From a virus: a DNA stretch of 57,568 nt. The stretch is from IMG/VR virus record IMGVR_UViG_3300017776_000014, positions 1-57,568 of that record; one strand, given 5' to 3'. Positions within the stretch are counted from its first letter, which is position 1, and every line of letters begins with the position of its first letter. A program made the position numbers and the translations under genes. The notes beneath the pieces are model-generated. The model did no database searches, had not been told where the DNA came from, and saw only the letters and a program-made list of their open reading frames with translations. Below are positions 34,201 to 43,069 of this stretch, piece after piece.

Positions 34201-35700
34201 TTGTCTCTTTGGGGTTCAGATGTTCGCATTAAAGATCCTAACGGAAACACTATTTTGAGGTCTGATGGAACATCCGCAGAACTGTATGAAGATGGTGCAA
34301 AGAAACTCGAAACAACATCAGCGGGTATCGACGTAACTGGCAACATCACTGTCTCAGGCACGGTTGATGGTCGTGATCTTGCGACTGATGGCTCAAAACT
34401 TGATGGCATCGCCTCTAGCGCAAACAATTACGTTCACCCTAATCATAGTGGTGAAGTTACATCTTCCGCTGATGGTGCTACGGTTATAGCCGACAATGTT
34501 GTGGATGAGGCTAATTTAAAAGTATCTAACTCACCCACCAATGGTTATGTCCTCACCGCGCAAAGTGGAAACACAGGTGGGTTGACTTGGGCAGAAGCTG
34601 CAAGTGGTGCAGACCTTTATGCTGCGAATCCTTCAAGTGCTACTGATCCAACAGCAAGTGGTACAAATGCAATAGCTATTGGGGATGATGCGGTTGCTTC
34701 TGGTGTTGCTTCTGTGGCGTTTGGTCAACAAACTGATGCGACAGGTACAAATGCGATTGCGATAGGTAGTGGCGCTCAAGCAACTCAACCTCATGCCGTT
34801 GCTATTAGAGCTACTGCTAGTGCAAGAGAAAGTACTGCAATTGGTGTAAATAATATTGCAAACGGGGCAGTAGCAGCAGGAGAAGGGTCTATGTCCCTTC
34901 AGGGTTCTTATGCCTCTGGTGCAGACAGCTTCGCAGCGGCTATAGCTACTAACAGCAGTTCCTATGGTGCTACTGGTGCAAATAGCGTGGCGATGGGGTA
35001 TCAGGCGAAGGCTACAAATCAATACGGTATTGCTATTGGATACCAAGCACAAGCTATTAATGGCGGTGGTGGTGTTGCTATAGGTCGTGCGGCTAAAGCC
35101 TACAATAATGCAATTTCTATTGGGGAAAATGGTTGGGGCGGTGGAACTAATGCTGCTGAAGGTCAAGGTTCTATTGCAATAGGACAAAACAATGCAGCAG
35201 AAAAAACAGCTTCGGTTATAATAGGTATCAACGGAAAAGCTAATGTCGTAGGTAAATACGTTTATTCAAATGGCTATTTAGGTGGTCAAGGTAAGGCTCA
35301 AACAGGAACCTTTGTTCTCATTAGTGATACTACAAGTGCAACTGCCGAAGCCTTAACCACAAATAACAGCACTGCTTCTACAGACAATCAAATAAACCTT
35401 CCCAACAACTCAGTTTATGGCTTCACAGGTACAGTTATTGCGCGTGAAAACTCAGCGCAAACAAACGACTTTGCAGTTTGGGAAATTAAAGGTGGCGCAG
35501 TCAGGGCCGCTAACGCAGGAACAACAGCCCTTGGCTCGTACAACATCAACAAAATCAGTGAAAGCACAGGCGCTGCAAACTGGAGTATCGGCCTATCCGC
35601 AGACACAACAAACGGTGCGGTGGCAATCACAGTAACAGGTGAGGCATCACACTCCATTCGGTGGGTGGCAACCGTGAATACTACGGAGGTAACGTACTAA
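31252..35700 (+). CDS. Giant tail fibre / appendage protein (1482 aa) with several internal repeat families
   Basis: About 300 aa of Ala/Thr/Ser quasi-repeats ([15 protein letters not shown]). At least five ..ATADQT.AEIRA.VE.A.DSNVFTD.DH.KLN.. units. Duplicated [50 protein letters not shown] modules. C-terminal ..AIG..A.A.G..S.A.G.. repeats resembling YadA/Hep-Hag head repeats. Confidence 0.8.
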   Translation: MSGGLFETEDDTDIIDNTSGGLFANGEVGDVIASFEVAAEAAKDAAVAAQAAAETAETNAETAETNAATSATAAAGSATSAAASATTATTQASTATTKASEAATSASTATTQAGIATTKAGEVASSITAAASSATSAATSATTATTKASEASASATTAATQATNAASSATGAANSASTASTHKTAAETAKAAAETAKTAAETAKAAAETAETNAETAETNAETAETNAAASATSASTSATNAAASATSASSSASTATTQASTATTKASEASTSATNAATSATAAANSATAAASSATSASSSATTATTQASTATTKANTATTKASEASTSAASALSAKTAAESARDSALSAFDNFDDKYLGAKSSDPTVDNDGDALVSGALYFNTTNDIMNVYTGSTWVAAYASLSGALLVANNLSDVNSAGTAATNIGLGTGSSPTFAGATINGNISVTGTVDGRDVAADGTKLDGVEANATADQTAAEIRALVESANDSNVFTDNDHTKLNSIESNATADQTAGEIEAIVNHDNLQGFVAAEHIDWTSDQGSTNIHTGNYVNTTYSVGDGGLTQKNFTTALNTKLSNIEDNATADQTNAEIRAAVEAATDSNVFTDADHSKLNAIEASADVTDTANVVAALTAGTNVSIAANGTISSTDTNTTYSVGDGGLTQNNFTNTLKSKLDAIEANATADQTNAEIRAAVEAATDSNVFTDADHTKLNGIAASANNYSHPNHSGEVTSSGDGATIIADNVVDEANLKVSNAPTDGYVLTARSGNTGGLTWETTAVSVGGSTGVDFNDNVAARFGTGNDLSIYHGGSFSIINNLGASTTPLIIGNDGNDQQIRIRTKKTSESGTTNIFIADGATGEAQLLHLGSEKLATKSTGISVTGNIGVSGTVDGRDLASDGTKLDGISAGANVGIATTGGTFTGDVTFQGGTSGKDIVFDRSDNALEFNNDYVKAKFGSGSQMELYYASAEGSNIRSIVGSTGYPLSLWGSDVRIKDPNGNTILRSDGTSAELYEDGAKKLETTSAGIDVTGNITVSGTVDGRDLATDGSKLDGIASSANNYVHPNHSGEVTSSADGATVIADNVVDEANLKVSNSPTNGYVLTAQSGNTGGLTWAEAASGADLYAANPSSATDPTASGTNAIAIGDDAVASGVASVAFGQQTDATGTNAIAIGSGAQATQPHAVAIRATASARESTAIGVNNIANGAVAAGEGSMSLQGSYASGADSFAAAIATNSSSYGATGANSVAMGYQAKATNQYGIAIGYQAQAINGGGGVAIGRAAKAYNNAISIGENGWGGGTNAAEGQGSIAIGQNNAAEKTASVIIGINGKANVVGKYVYSNGYLGGQGKAQTGTFVLISDTTSATAEALTTNNSTASTDNQINLPNNSVYGFTGTVIARENSAQTNDFAVWEIKGGAVRAANAGTTALGSYNINKISESTGAANWSIGLSADTTNGAVAITVTGEASHSIRWVATVNTTEVTY

Positions 35701-36821
35701 TGGGTTCAGTCAATTTAGATAACACAGGATCAGGCAGTGCAATTACTCTCTCGTCGGACGGCACTAGCCTTCTGTTAAACGGTACAGCTATCGGTGGTGA
35801 TCCTGACCTTTATGCCGCTAATAATGCAAGTGCTACTGATCCTACTGCTAGTGGTAATAATTCAGTAGCTATTGGTGATAGCGCCACCGCCGCAGGTGTA
35901 AGATCAACTGCACTCACTTATTCTCATGCAGGTGGAACTGACTCATTTGCGGCGGCTATTGGTAACAGTTCAAGTGGTCGTGGCGCACAAGCTGCTAATG
36001 CAGTGGCGATTGGTAGCAATGCTTATGTTCAAGCAACCGAAGGTATAGGTTTAGGTTATTATGCTACTATTGGATCAAGTGGTTCAAGGGCTGTGGCGTT
36101 AGGTCATTCTTATGCAAATGGTGGAGATAGCTTTGCAGCCGTTATAGATAACAACACTTCTAGCTACGGCGCTACTGGTGCTAATAGTATTGCGATGGGG
36201 TATCAGGCGAAGGCTTCTGGTAATTATTCTATTGCTATAGATTATCAATCGCAAGCAACAGGACTTGCATCAAGAGCTATTGGCTATCAGGCACTGGCCT
36301 CTGGTACAAACGCATTTGCTCTTGGCAGAAATGCTAATTCAACAGGTGTATATTCGTATGCTATTGGTTGGTCAAAGTCTGCTACTAATGGAAAATTAAC
36401 CTATGGATCAGGTCAGTTTGGCGCTGTAGGCGATGCTCAAGGTGGTCAGTTTATCCTTCGTGCAGACACTACAGATGCAACAGCAACAGTACTCACAACA
36501 GATAACTCAACTGCTGCAAGTACTAACCAAATCGTAGCAGCCAGTGATACCTGCATTACCTTCGATGGCACTATCACTGCAATGCAAAACGGAGCACAAG
36601 CCTATGCCTCATGGCGCATAGAAGGCTTGTTAGTAAATGACGGTGGCACAACCACACTTGCTAACAGTGCAACTACTGTTATTGATAATCAGTCTGACTG
36701 GGTTATGGCTCTCTCAGCAGACAATACAAACAACGCCCTCGCAATAACTTGTACAGGTGAAGCAAGCCATAACATTAGATGGGTGGCTAATATTAGAACC
36801 ACTGAAGTTACATACGCCTAA
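35700..36821 (+). CDS. Tail-fibre tip paralogue (373 aa), homologous to the C-terminal third of the preceding gene
   Basis: TAATG overlap with the upstream gene. [55 protein letters not shown] and ASHNIRWVANIRTTEVTYA mirror the 31252..35700 C-terminus. Confidence 0.75.
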   Translation: MGSVNLDNTGSGSAITLSSDGTSLLLNGTAIGGDPDLYAANNASATDPTASGNNSVAIGDSATAAGVRSTALTYSHAGGTDSFAAAIGNSSSGRGAQAANAVAIGSNAYVQATEGIGLGYYATIGSSGSRAVALGHSYANGGDSFAAVIDNNTSSYGATGANSIAMGYQAKASGNYSIAIDYQSQATGLASRAIGYQALASGTNAFALGRNANSTGVYSYAIGWSKSATNGKLTYGSGQFGAVGDAQGGQFILRADTTDATATVLTTDNSTAASTNQIVAASDTCITFDGTITAMQNGAQAYASWRIEGLLVNDGGTTTLANSATTVIDNQSDWVMALSADNTNNALAITCTGEASHNIRWVANIRTTEVTYA

Positions 36822-36834
36822 AGGAGATAAACTA

Positions 36835-37140
36835 ATGGCTATTTCAAATGATATAACGGCTGAAAACAGCCAATATGGTATTGCCTTTAACGGCGCATAC
36901 TACCGCATTATAACCGCAGCTATATCACGGCAACGTGAGAGTAACCCTAAGTTTTCAGTGATGCTTGACTTGTCAGCGTATGCGACATCAACGCCTACAG
37001 ATGACACTCGTGAGGTAGACTTTAAACGTTATAACGCGCCACTTGATGACATCAACGCAGCATCGGGTGATACGTTTCTAGATAAGTGCTATGCGTGGGT
37101 CATGGCTCAATCTGATATGTCAGGATCATCAGCGGTATAA
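36835..37140 (+). CDS. Hypothetical protein (101 aa)
   Basis: The ATG at 36835 is preceded by AAAGGAGA. The ORF track starts upstream at 36757, overlapping the previous gene. Confidence 0.55.
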   Translation: MAISNDITAENSQYGIAFNGAYYRIITAAISRQRESNPKFSVMLDLSAYATSTPTDDTREVDFKRYNAPLDDINAASGDTFLDKCYAWVMAQSDMSGSSAV

Positions 37141-37159
37141 TATATAAGGGAGTCATCAA

Positions 37160-38995
37160 ATGGCAATTACTATAAACCATCAAACAAATGACATTAGTGC
37201 CACGAGTGGAGATATGACCATTGATGGCTCCTCCCTCGTTACTCAAGGTGACACATCAACGGCGAGTATGTCTTTCGTTATTGATGAAGATAATATGGTC
37301 TCTAATTCAGCAACAAAAGTACCTACACAGCAATCCGTAAAGGCTTATACAGACGCATCTGTAAGCGGATTGGTGGACAGCGCACCTTCTACATTAGACA
37401 CCTTAAATGAACTAGCTGCGGCGCTTGGTGACGATGCTAACTTCAGCACCACTGTTACAAATTCTATCGCTGCAAAGATGCCTCTTGCAGGGGGTACGTT
37501 TACGGGTGATGTCACTTTCGATGGCGCTTCCTACAACGTTGTATGGGATAAGTCTGCCAATTCTTTAAGATTTGCAGACAACGCTAAGGCTGTTTTTGGA
37601 GACGGATCAGACGCATCAATCCATTGGAACGGGAGTGCCTTAGAATTTTCTTCTGAACTTGGGGATGTACTTATTCGTGGCAACAACGAAATAAAACTCC
37701 AAGCCCACACAGGTGAAAATTTCTTTGTTGGCTTATCTAACGGTGCATCTACACTTTACTATGACAATAGCTCTAAACTGGCGACTACGACTAGCGGAAT
37801 TTCAGTCACAGGCAGTGCAACACTAGATAACAATGGCACACTATTAGACTTTAGCCGTGTCGGTGATGCAGTGGCGGGGCAGCTAAAGTACGTCGATGCG
37901 GATACTGGTTTCCATTTTGGGACAACTACTAATCACGATTGGTATGGTATCTCGAATGATACTAAGCGGTTCAAGGTAGACAACGCAGGGGATGTTAGTT
38001 TCTACGACACCTCTGGGAACGCTAACTTTTTCTGGGATGCAAGTGCTGCATCGCTTGGCATCGGCACAAGCAGCCCCACGCATCTTCTCCATGTTCGAAA
38101 TTCTTCGGGCAATGGCTCAATGTCTGTTGGTAGCAGTGCAGGTTTAGAAATAAGCCACGACAACTCAGGTAGCACTACTCAAAGAATAGACAGTCTGTAC
38201 CGCACAACTAGCGACGATGCTAATTTACAGCTTCGGACAGGCACACTTACTATACACACTGGTGCGTCAGATACTGAGCGTATGCGCCTGAAATCCGATG
38301 GGACGCTCATGGTCGGCACAACCGTCAACCAATACGGCCTGACCAGTGGCGGTGATACTGGCATGGTCTATCGCGCGGGTGCGTCTTTAGATGTTGCTAG
38401 AGACAACGCTCCTGTTGTGTATCTCAACCGTTTAACAAGTGACGGTGAATTCATTGTTTTCAACAAGGATGGAAACGATAAAGGCGACATTAGTTGTAGC
38501 GGAGATAACTTTAGCTTTAACGCGCGGAGTTCCGTTGGCAAAGCGCAAATCAAAACCCACGATGGAAATGAGGGCATCTCTTTAGACCCTAGCGGTTCGA
38601 TTAAGTTTGAAACAGCAGGGGCAGAGAGGATGCGCCTTGAAGCTGATGGCGACCTTCACGTTGATGGTAACGTCATTGCCTACTCAACCACAATCTCTGA
38701 TGAACGGCTCAAAGAGGACATCAAGCCAATCGAAGGCGCACTTGATAAAGTCGGTCAGCTATCGGGCTACACGTTTACTTACAAAGCAGATGGCAAACAG
38801 AGCGCAGGGGTCATTGCCCAAGAGGTCGAGGCGGTTCTTCCAAGCGCAGTTACAGAAAGTACACTGCCCTTAAAGACCGACGATGATGTTGAATACAAAA
38901 CCGTACAGTATGACCAACTTCACGGCTTGCTTATCGAGGCCATCAAGGAACTGAAAGCTGAGATTGAGGAGTTAAAGAATGGCTCTGCAAAGTAG
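37160..38995 (+). CDS. Tail fibre/spike protein with C-terminal intramolecular chaperone (peptidase S74-type) domain
   Basis: The C-terminus is ISDERLKEDIKPIEGALDKVGQLSGYTFTYK...AGVIAQEVEAVLPSAV...VQYDQLHGLLIEAIKELKAEIEELK, the typical auto-cleaving chaperone signature. Confidence 0.8.
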   Translation: MAITINHQTNDISATSGDMTIDGSSLVTQGDTSTASMSFVIDEDNMVSNSATKVPTQQSVKAYTDASVSGLVDSAPSTLDTLNELAAALGDDANFSTTVTNSIAAKMPLAGGTFTGDVTFDGASYNVVWDKSANSLRFADNAKAVFGDGSDASIHWNGSALEFSSELGDVLIRGNNEIKLQAHTGENFFVGLSNGASTLYYDNSSKLATTTSGISVTGSATLDNNGTLLDFSRVGDAVAGQLKYVDADTGFHFGTTTNHDWYGISNDTKRFKVDNAGDVSFYDTSGNANFFWDASAASLGIGTSSPTHLLHVRNSSGNGSMSVGSSAGLEISHDNSGSTTQRIDSLYRTTSDDANLQLRTGTLTIHTGASDTERMRLKSDGTLMVGTTVNQYGLTSGGDTGMVYRAGASLDVARDNAPVVYLNRLTSDGEFIVFNKDGNDKGDISCSGDNFSFNARSSVGKAQIKTHDGNEGISLDPSGSIKFETAGAERMRLEADGDLHVDGNVIAYSTTISDERLKEDIKPIEGALDKVGQLSGYTFTYKADGKQSAGVIAQEVEAVLPSAVTESTLPLKTDDDVEYKTVQYDQLHGLLIEAIKELKAEIEELKNGSAK

Positions 38996-39719
38996 TGGAC
39001 AGATTTCATTAAATGATATTCACGTTGAGGCAGGGGGTTCCTCTGGTTCAGCGTGTGAAATTAATGACAGTGACATCAGGGGGCTTATTAGTAAGTCCTC
39101 TGGCGCACAGATGGCTTTCAACGAATGGTATGGTGCAAGTTCGTCAATCACAGCAACCTTGCGCCAAGGCTCGACAAGTTCAACTTCCTTTACTCTTAGC
39201 GGCCTGAGTTCAAGCGCAACAACTCTCATTGCAGGGGTCTATTTTTGGCATGAAGATGTCTATGGGCAAGGCAGTGCGCCTGTACCAAGCGTAAATGGTA
39301 GCAATATGACTAGGGATATTTACCGTCACGCAACGTACTCAAATGAAACACAGTATATTTCATTTTATAGATACTACATTGGAACATCTACTTCCGTAAC
39401 AATGGGTAGAAGTGGTGCGCCGACAGGTGGTTGGAATAGTCAGGGTATGGGTATTTGGGAAGTCACTGGAAATCCCAGCATGCCCCAAAATCAACAAGGG
39501 TCAGGTAACTCCCTTACTCAAGGCGGTAATGCAGGGGATGCTGTGTTTGTAGGAGCTTGTCACAACTGGTCAAGCCCCTCTAACATTTCTAACTTAGACA
39601 ACCAACAAAGCGCAGGGCAGCACAAGTATGGCGTGGATATGAAATCGTCTAGTGGAAGCGTGACCTACTCAACCTCTAGCCTGACAGGCGGCATGTGCTG
39701 CGTCAGATATACACCATAG
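38979..39719 (+). CDS. Hypothetical tail-associated protein (246 aa)
   Basis: GAGGAG Shine-Dalgarno. N-terminus MALQSSGQISLNDIHVEAGG. Located within the fibre gene cluster. Confidence 0.55.
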   Translation: MALQSSGQISLNDIHVEAGGSSGSACEINDSDIRGLISKSSGAQMAFNEWYGASSSITATLRQGSTSSTSFTLSGLSSSATTLIAGVYFWHEDVYGQGSAPVPSVNGSNMTRDIYRHATYSNETQYISFYRYYIGTSTSVTMGRSGAPTGGWNSQGMGIWEVTGNPSMPQNQQGSGNSLTQGGNAGDAVFVGACHNWSSPSNISNLDNQQSAGQHKYGVDMKSSSGSVTYSTSSLTGGMCCVRYTP

Positions 39720-39728
39720 GAGAAAATC

Positions 39729-40166
39729 ATGGCGACATGGAAAATTCACGGCGTGGTTCTTTCCCAAGACCAGAGCCAAATTGTGCAGACAAATTGGGAA
39801 GTTGTTTTATCTAATGGCTCATCAATGGGTTCAGCTAATGTTTCACCGCAAGCACTTGATGTAAGCGAAGCTGCTTTAATTACAGCAACAAAGGCAGCGC
39901 TAGGTTCAGATCAGGTTGCGGCTATGGAAGTAGAGCCAGATACATCCTCTGACAATCTGCATCGCGCCTTTCCAATCCTTACGGCAACTCAAGATGCTGC
40001 AAGGGTTGCACGAAACAAGCGCAATGCTTTGCTTGAGGAAACAGATTTTTTCGCTTTGTCAGATGTTACAATGAGTGATGAGATGGAAGCATATAGGGTT
40101 TCGTTAAGAAATATCCCGCAGCAAGAAGGTTTCCCAAGCAGTATCTCTTGGCCTTTAAAACCTTAA
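39729..40166 (+). CDS. Tail fibre assembly/chaperone-like protein (145 aa)
   Basis: The C-terminal pattern R.KRNALLEETDFFALSDVTMSDEMEAYRVSLRNIPQQ resembles tail-fibre assembly protein motifs. Confidence 0.5.
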   Translation: MATWKIHGVVLSQDQSQIVQTNWEVVLSNGSSMGSANVSPQALDVSEAALITATKAALGSDQVAAMEVEPDTSSDNLHRAFPILTATQDAARVARNKRNALLEETDFFALSDVTMSDEMEAYRVSLRNIPQQEGFPSSISWPLKP

Positions 40167-40174
40167 ATATATGA

Positions 40175-40190
40175 GTATAAGTCCCTTTAG
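40175..40190 (+). promoter_or_regulatory. Class A phage-promoter candidate (plus orientation) inside the late block
   Basis: GTATAAGTCCCTTTAG followed by TAGGGAG, 34 nt upstream of the ATG at 40225. Confidence 0.6.
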
Positions 40191-40224
40191 TAGGGAGCTT
40201 AATATTTAAAAGTGAGGACAAAAA

Positions 40225-40434
40225 ATGTCTACAGAAGAAGAAAATATTTTAACCATCAACGATAATGAATACAAAATCGATGAGTTAACTGACCATCAAA
40301 AGATTTTATTATCTCAAGTTTTAGATTTAGATAAAAAGATAGCTGCTGCTAAATTTAACCTAGATCAAATATCAGTAGCTAAAGATTCGTTCTACAATCT
40401 TCTAACTGCATCTTTAGAAAGTAAAGAAGAATAA
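40225..40434 (+). CDS. Hypothetical protein (69 aa)
   Basis: ORF with a GAGGA Shine-Dalgarno. Confidence 0.55.
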   Translation: MSTEEENILTINDNEYKIDELTDHQKILLSQVLDLDKKIAAAKFNLDQISVAKDSFYNLLTASLESKEE

Positions 40435-40458
40435 AAATAATAAAGTAAGGTGGAAACT

Positions 40459-40734
40459 ATGGATCCAAATGATAGTTGGCATTTAAGTAAATCAGTGCCT
40501 ATTTCTTTTATTTTAGGAATTATAGCTCAGACGGTCGCACTCGTCTGGTACGTGTCAAGTTTAGATAACAATATTGATAATAATAGTAAACAGCTAATAC
40601 GTCATGAAACACGTATAGAAGCCTTAGAGAAAGTAGTTCAACAGCAAGCCGTCACATTAGGGCGCATGGACGAAAATATAAAAGCTATCCGCCACTCTGT
40701 GGAAAAGATGGCGAATAAGGATACAGAACAATAG
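40459..40734 (+). CDS. Hypothetical membrane-anchored coiled-coil protein (91 aa)
   Basis: ATG at 40459 after AAGGTGG. TM segment VPISFILGIIAQTVALVWYV. Confidence 0.55.
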   Translation: MDPNDSWHLSKSVPISFILGIIAQTVALVWYVSSLDNNIDNNSKQLIRHETRIEALEKVVQQQAVTLGRMDENIKAIRHSVEKMANKDTEQ

Positions 40735-40756
40735 AAGCCCAGTGAGGACAACAAAT

Positions 40757-42508
40757 ATGAAGAACGCATACCAAGGCCCTGAACTAACCATCTCTCAAGA
40801 AATCGATCAAATGAAGTATAGACAAGCAGACGAAACCTTCCATGATAAGGTTATACGTATCGCTGGAGCTTTATGTGATGATGACCAACATAAGGAATAC
40901 TTAGAAAGTATTTTAGGTGAGATGAGATTCCTACCAGCTGGACGAGTACAATCAGCTATTGGTTCACGTCGTATTACAACAGCGTACAACTGTTTTGTAA
41001 GTGGTACGATTGATGATAGCATGGATACTATTATGCAACGAGCTGGAGAAGCAGCAGAGACTATGCGTCGAGGCGGAGGTATTGGTTATGATTTTTCACA
41101 ACTGCGTCCATCGGGGAGTAAGATTAAATCCCTTGATTCCTCAGCGTCTGGGCCCGTATCTTTTATGGGCATATTTGACGCTGTTTGCCAAACCATCTCG
41201 AGTTCAGGACATCGACGGGGTGCGCAGATGGGGGTTTTACGTGTGGACCACCCGGATATTAAAGAGTTCATTACTGCTAAACGTAATTCTGATAAGCTTA
41301 CTGGGTTTAATGTTAGTGTTGCCGTAACCGATAAGTTTATGGAAGCAGTAGAGAATGACGCTCCTTATGATCTAATATTTGAAGGTGAAGTGTGGGGACA
41401 GGAAAGTGCTACTGAAATCTGGGATATGATTATGGAAAGCACTTGGGACTGGGCGGAACCAGGTATTATCTTCATCGATAGAATTAACGAATCAAACAAC
41501 CTATGGTATTGTGAAAGCATTGCAGCCACTAATCCTTGTGGTGAGCAGCCTCTTCCACCTTACGGGGCATGCTTGCTTGGAAGTTTCAACTTAACTAAGT
41601 ATGTTGATGGTGAGACTTTCAATTGGAAACAGTTTGATAATGATATACCTCACATTGTCCGCGCAATGGATAATGTTATTGATAGAACAATCTACCCACT
41701 TAAAGAACAGGAGGATGAAGCTAAGAATAAGAGACGAATGGGACTTGGAATCTCTGGATTAGCTAACGCAGGTGAAATGTTAGGACATAATTATGGTAGT
41801 GAATCATTCCTCGAATGGGCAGAAGAGGTATTCAAAACCCTCCGTAACGCTACATACCGTGCCTCATTAGAACTTGCAAAAGAGAAAGGTGCATTCCCTC
41901 TATATAGATCGAGCTGGCTTAAATCAGGCTTTGCAAAAACTCTTCCATACAAACTACGAAAGGGAATTAAAGAGTATGGTATCAGAAATTCACACCTTAC
42001 CTCAATTGCTCCAACAGGCACCATATCACTGGTGGCAGATAACATCAGCGGAGGAATCGAACCAGTCTTTTCACATTACTATGAGCGTACCATCCAAACT
42101 GCTAACGGACCACGCTTTGAGCGCGTTGAGGACTATGCTTACACAAGAGGAGTCAGCGGACGTACGTCAAATGAAATTACCGTTAGAGAACATCTCGCCG
42201 TATTAGCCTTAGCACAACATTACATCGATAGTGCTGTGTCTAAAACTTGTAACGTGGGAGATGATGTTACGTATGAAGAATTTAAAGATGTCTACTTGGA
42301 AGCTTGGAAGAACGGTTGTAAAGGTGTCACAACATTCCGCGCCGCGGGAAAGCGGTACGGTATTCTCAACACCATTGAACAAACCGTGGAAAAGGAAGAG
42401 GAGACAGAGGGCGCGACTGAAATCACTGCAACGACGGGTGGAACGGAGGAGAATAAAGCGGAAGCTTGCTTCTTTGATCCCGTCACAGGAATTAAAGAGT
42501 GTGCTTGA
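40757..42508 (+). CDS. nrdJ: Ribonucleotide reductase, class II (B12-dependent)-like, monomeric-size
   Basis: Active-site NPCGEQPL. 583 aa, with no accompanying small subunit gene. A C-terminal Cys pair (CFFDPVTGIKEC) is present. The class assignment is an inference. Confidence 0.75.
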   Translation: MKNAYQGPELTISQEIDQMKYRQADETFHDKVIRIAGALCDDDQHKEYLESILGEMRFLPAGRVQSAIGSRRITTAYNCFVSGTIDDSMDTIMQRAGEAAETMRRGGGIGYDFSQLRPSGSKIKSLDSSASGPVSFMGIFDAVCQTISSSGHRRGAQMGVLRVDHPDIKEFITAKRNSDKLTGFNVSVAVTDKFMEAVENDAPYDLIFEGEVWGQESATEIWDMIMESTWDWAEPGIIFIDRINESNNLWYCESIAATNPCGEQPLPPYGACLLGSFNLTKYVDGETFNWKQFDNDIPHIVRAMDNVIDRTIYPLKEQEDEAKNKRRMGLGISGLANAGEMLGHNYGSESFLEWAEEVFKTLRNATYRASLELAKEKGAFPLYRSSWLKSGFAKTLPYKLRKGIKEYGIRNSHLTSIAPTGTISLVADNISGGIEPVFSHYYERTIQTANGPRFERVEDYAYTRGVSGRTSNEITVREHLAVLALAQHYIDSAVSKTCNVGDDVTYEEFKDVYLEAWKNGCKGVTTFRAAGKRYGILNTIEQTVEKEEETEGATEITATTGGTEENKAEACFFDPVTGIKECA

Positions 42509-42921
42509 TGATTTATAGGATAAGTATATGTATACTGTTAATGACGACCCTTACAGCGTGCTTAGGCAATTTATCGAAAGATGGGATAATGTCGACGATG
42601 GGCTCGAGTGCTGCGACTGTTATAGGCACGGCGGCGGGTGGACCAATAGTGGGTGCGACTGTAGGAGTAGCCGCGGGTGTTGTAACAGATGTTGTAACAA
42701 CTCCGCCTAGCTCTCCACAAGATTTTTCTGGAGCTGATGGTGAGTTGAACTTTTGGGAAATGTTAGCATTTATGTGGTCTAACTTCACACAGCATTTAAT
42801 TGGATTAGGTGTTGTAGCTGGAGTTGTATGGATTCTAACTGGATACTTAGGGTTACGTGCACGTCGTCCAGAAGAAAAGAAACTAGAAAAGATCCTCGTA
42901 AACAAAATGAAGGAGACTTAA
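42508..42921 (+). CDS. Putative lipoprotein / membrane protein (137 aa)
   Basis: Signal peptide with lipobox LLMTTLTAC, a Gly/Ala/Val-rich region and a C-terminal TM segment. TGATG overlap with the RNR stop. Confidence 0.55.
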   Translation: MIYRISICILLMTTLTACLGNLSKDGIMSTMGSSAATVIGTAAGGPIVGATVGVAAGVVTDVVTTPPSSPQDFSGADGELNFWEMLAFMWSNFTQHLIGLGVVAGVVWILTGYLGLRARRPEEKKLEKILVNKMKET

Positions 42922-42922
42922 T

Positions 42923-43054
42923 ATGGAAACTGAAGCAGCTTTACCAGCTACAACGATGATGCCAAACTCATTACTTGAGTATGTTATCCTCGCCGCAGTA
43001 GTGGGATTTATTGTTTGGAAGTTTGTACTTCCTAAGCTTAAGAAAGACGAATAA
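42923..43054 (+). CDS. Small single-TM peptide (43 aa), not in the ORF track
   Basis: METEAALPATTMMPNSLLEYVILAAVVGFIVWKFVLPKLKKDE. AAGGAG Shine-Dalgarno. Confidence 0.5.
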   Translation: METEAALPATTMMPNSLLEYVILAAVVGFIVWKFVLPKLKKDE

Positions 43055-43069
43055 ACGTAGGAGGCAGAG

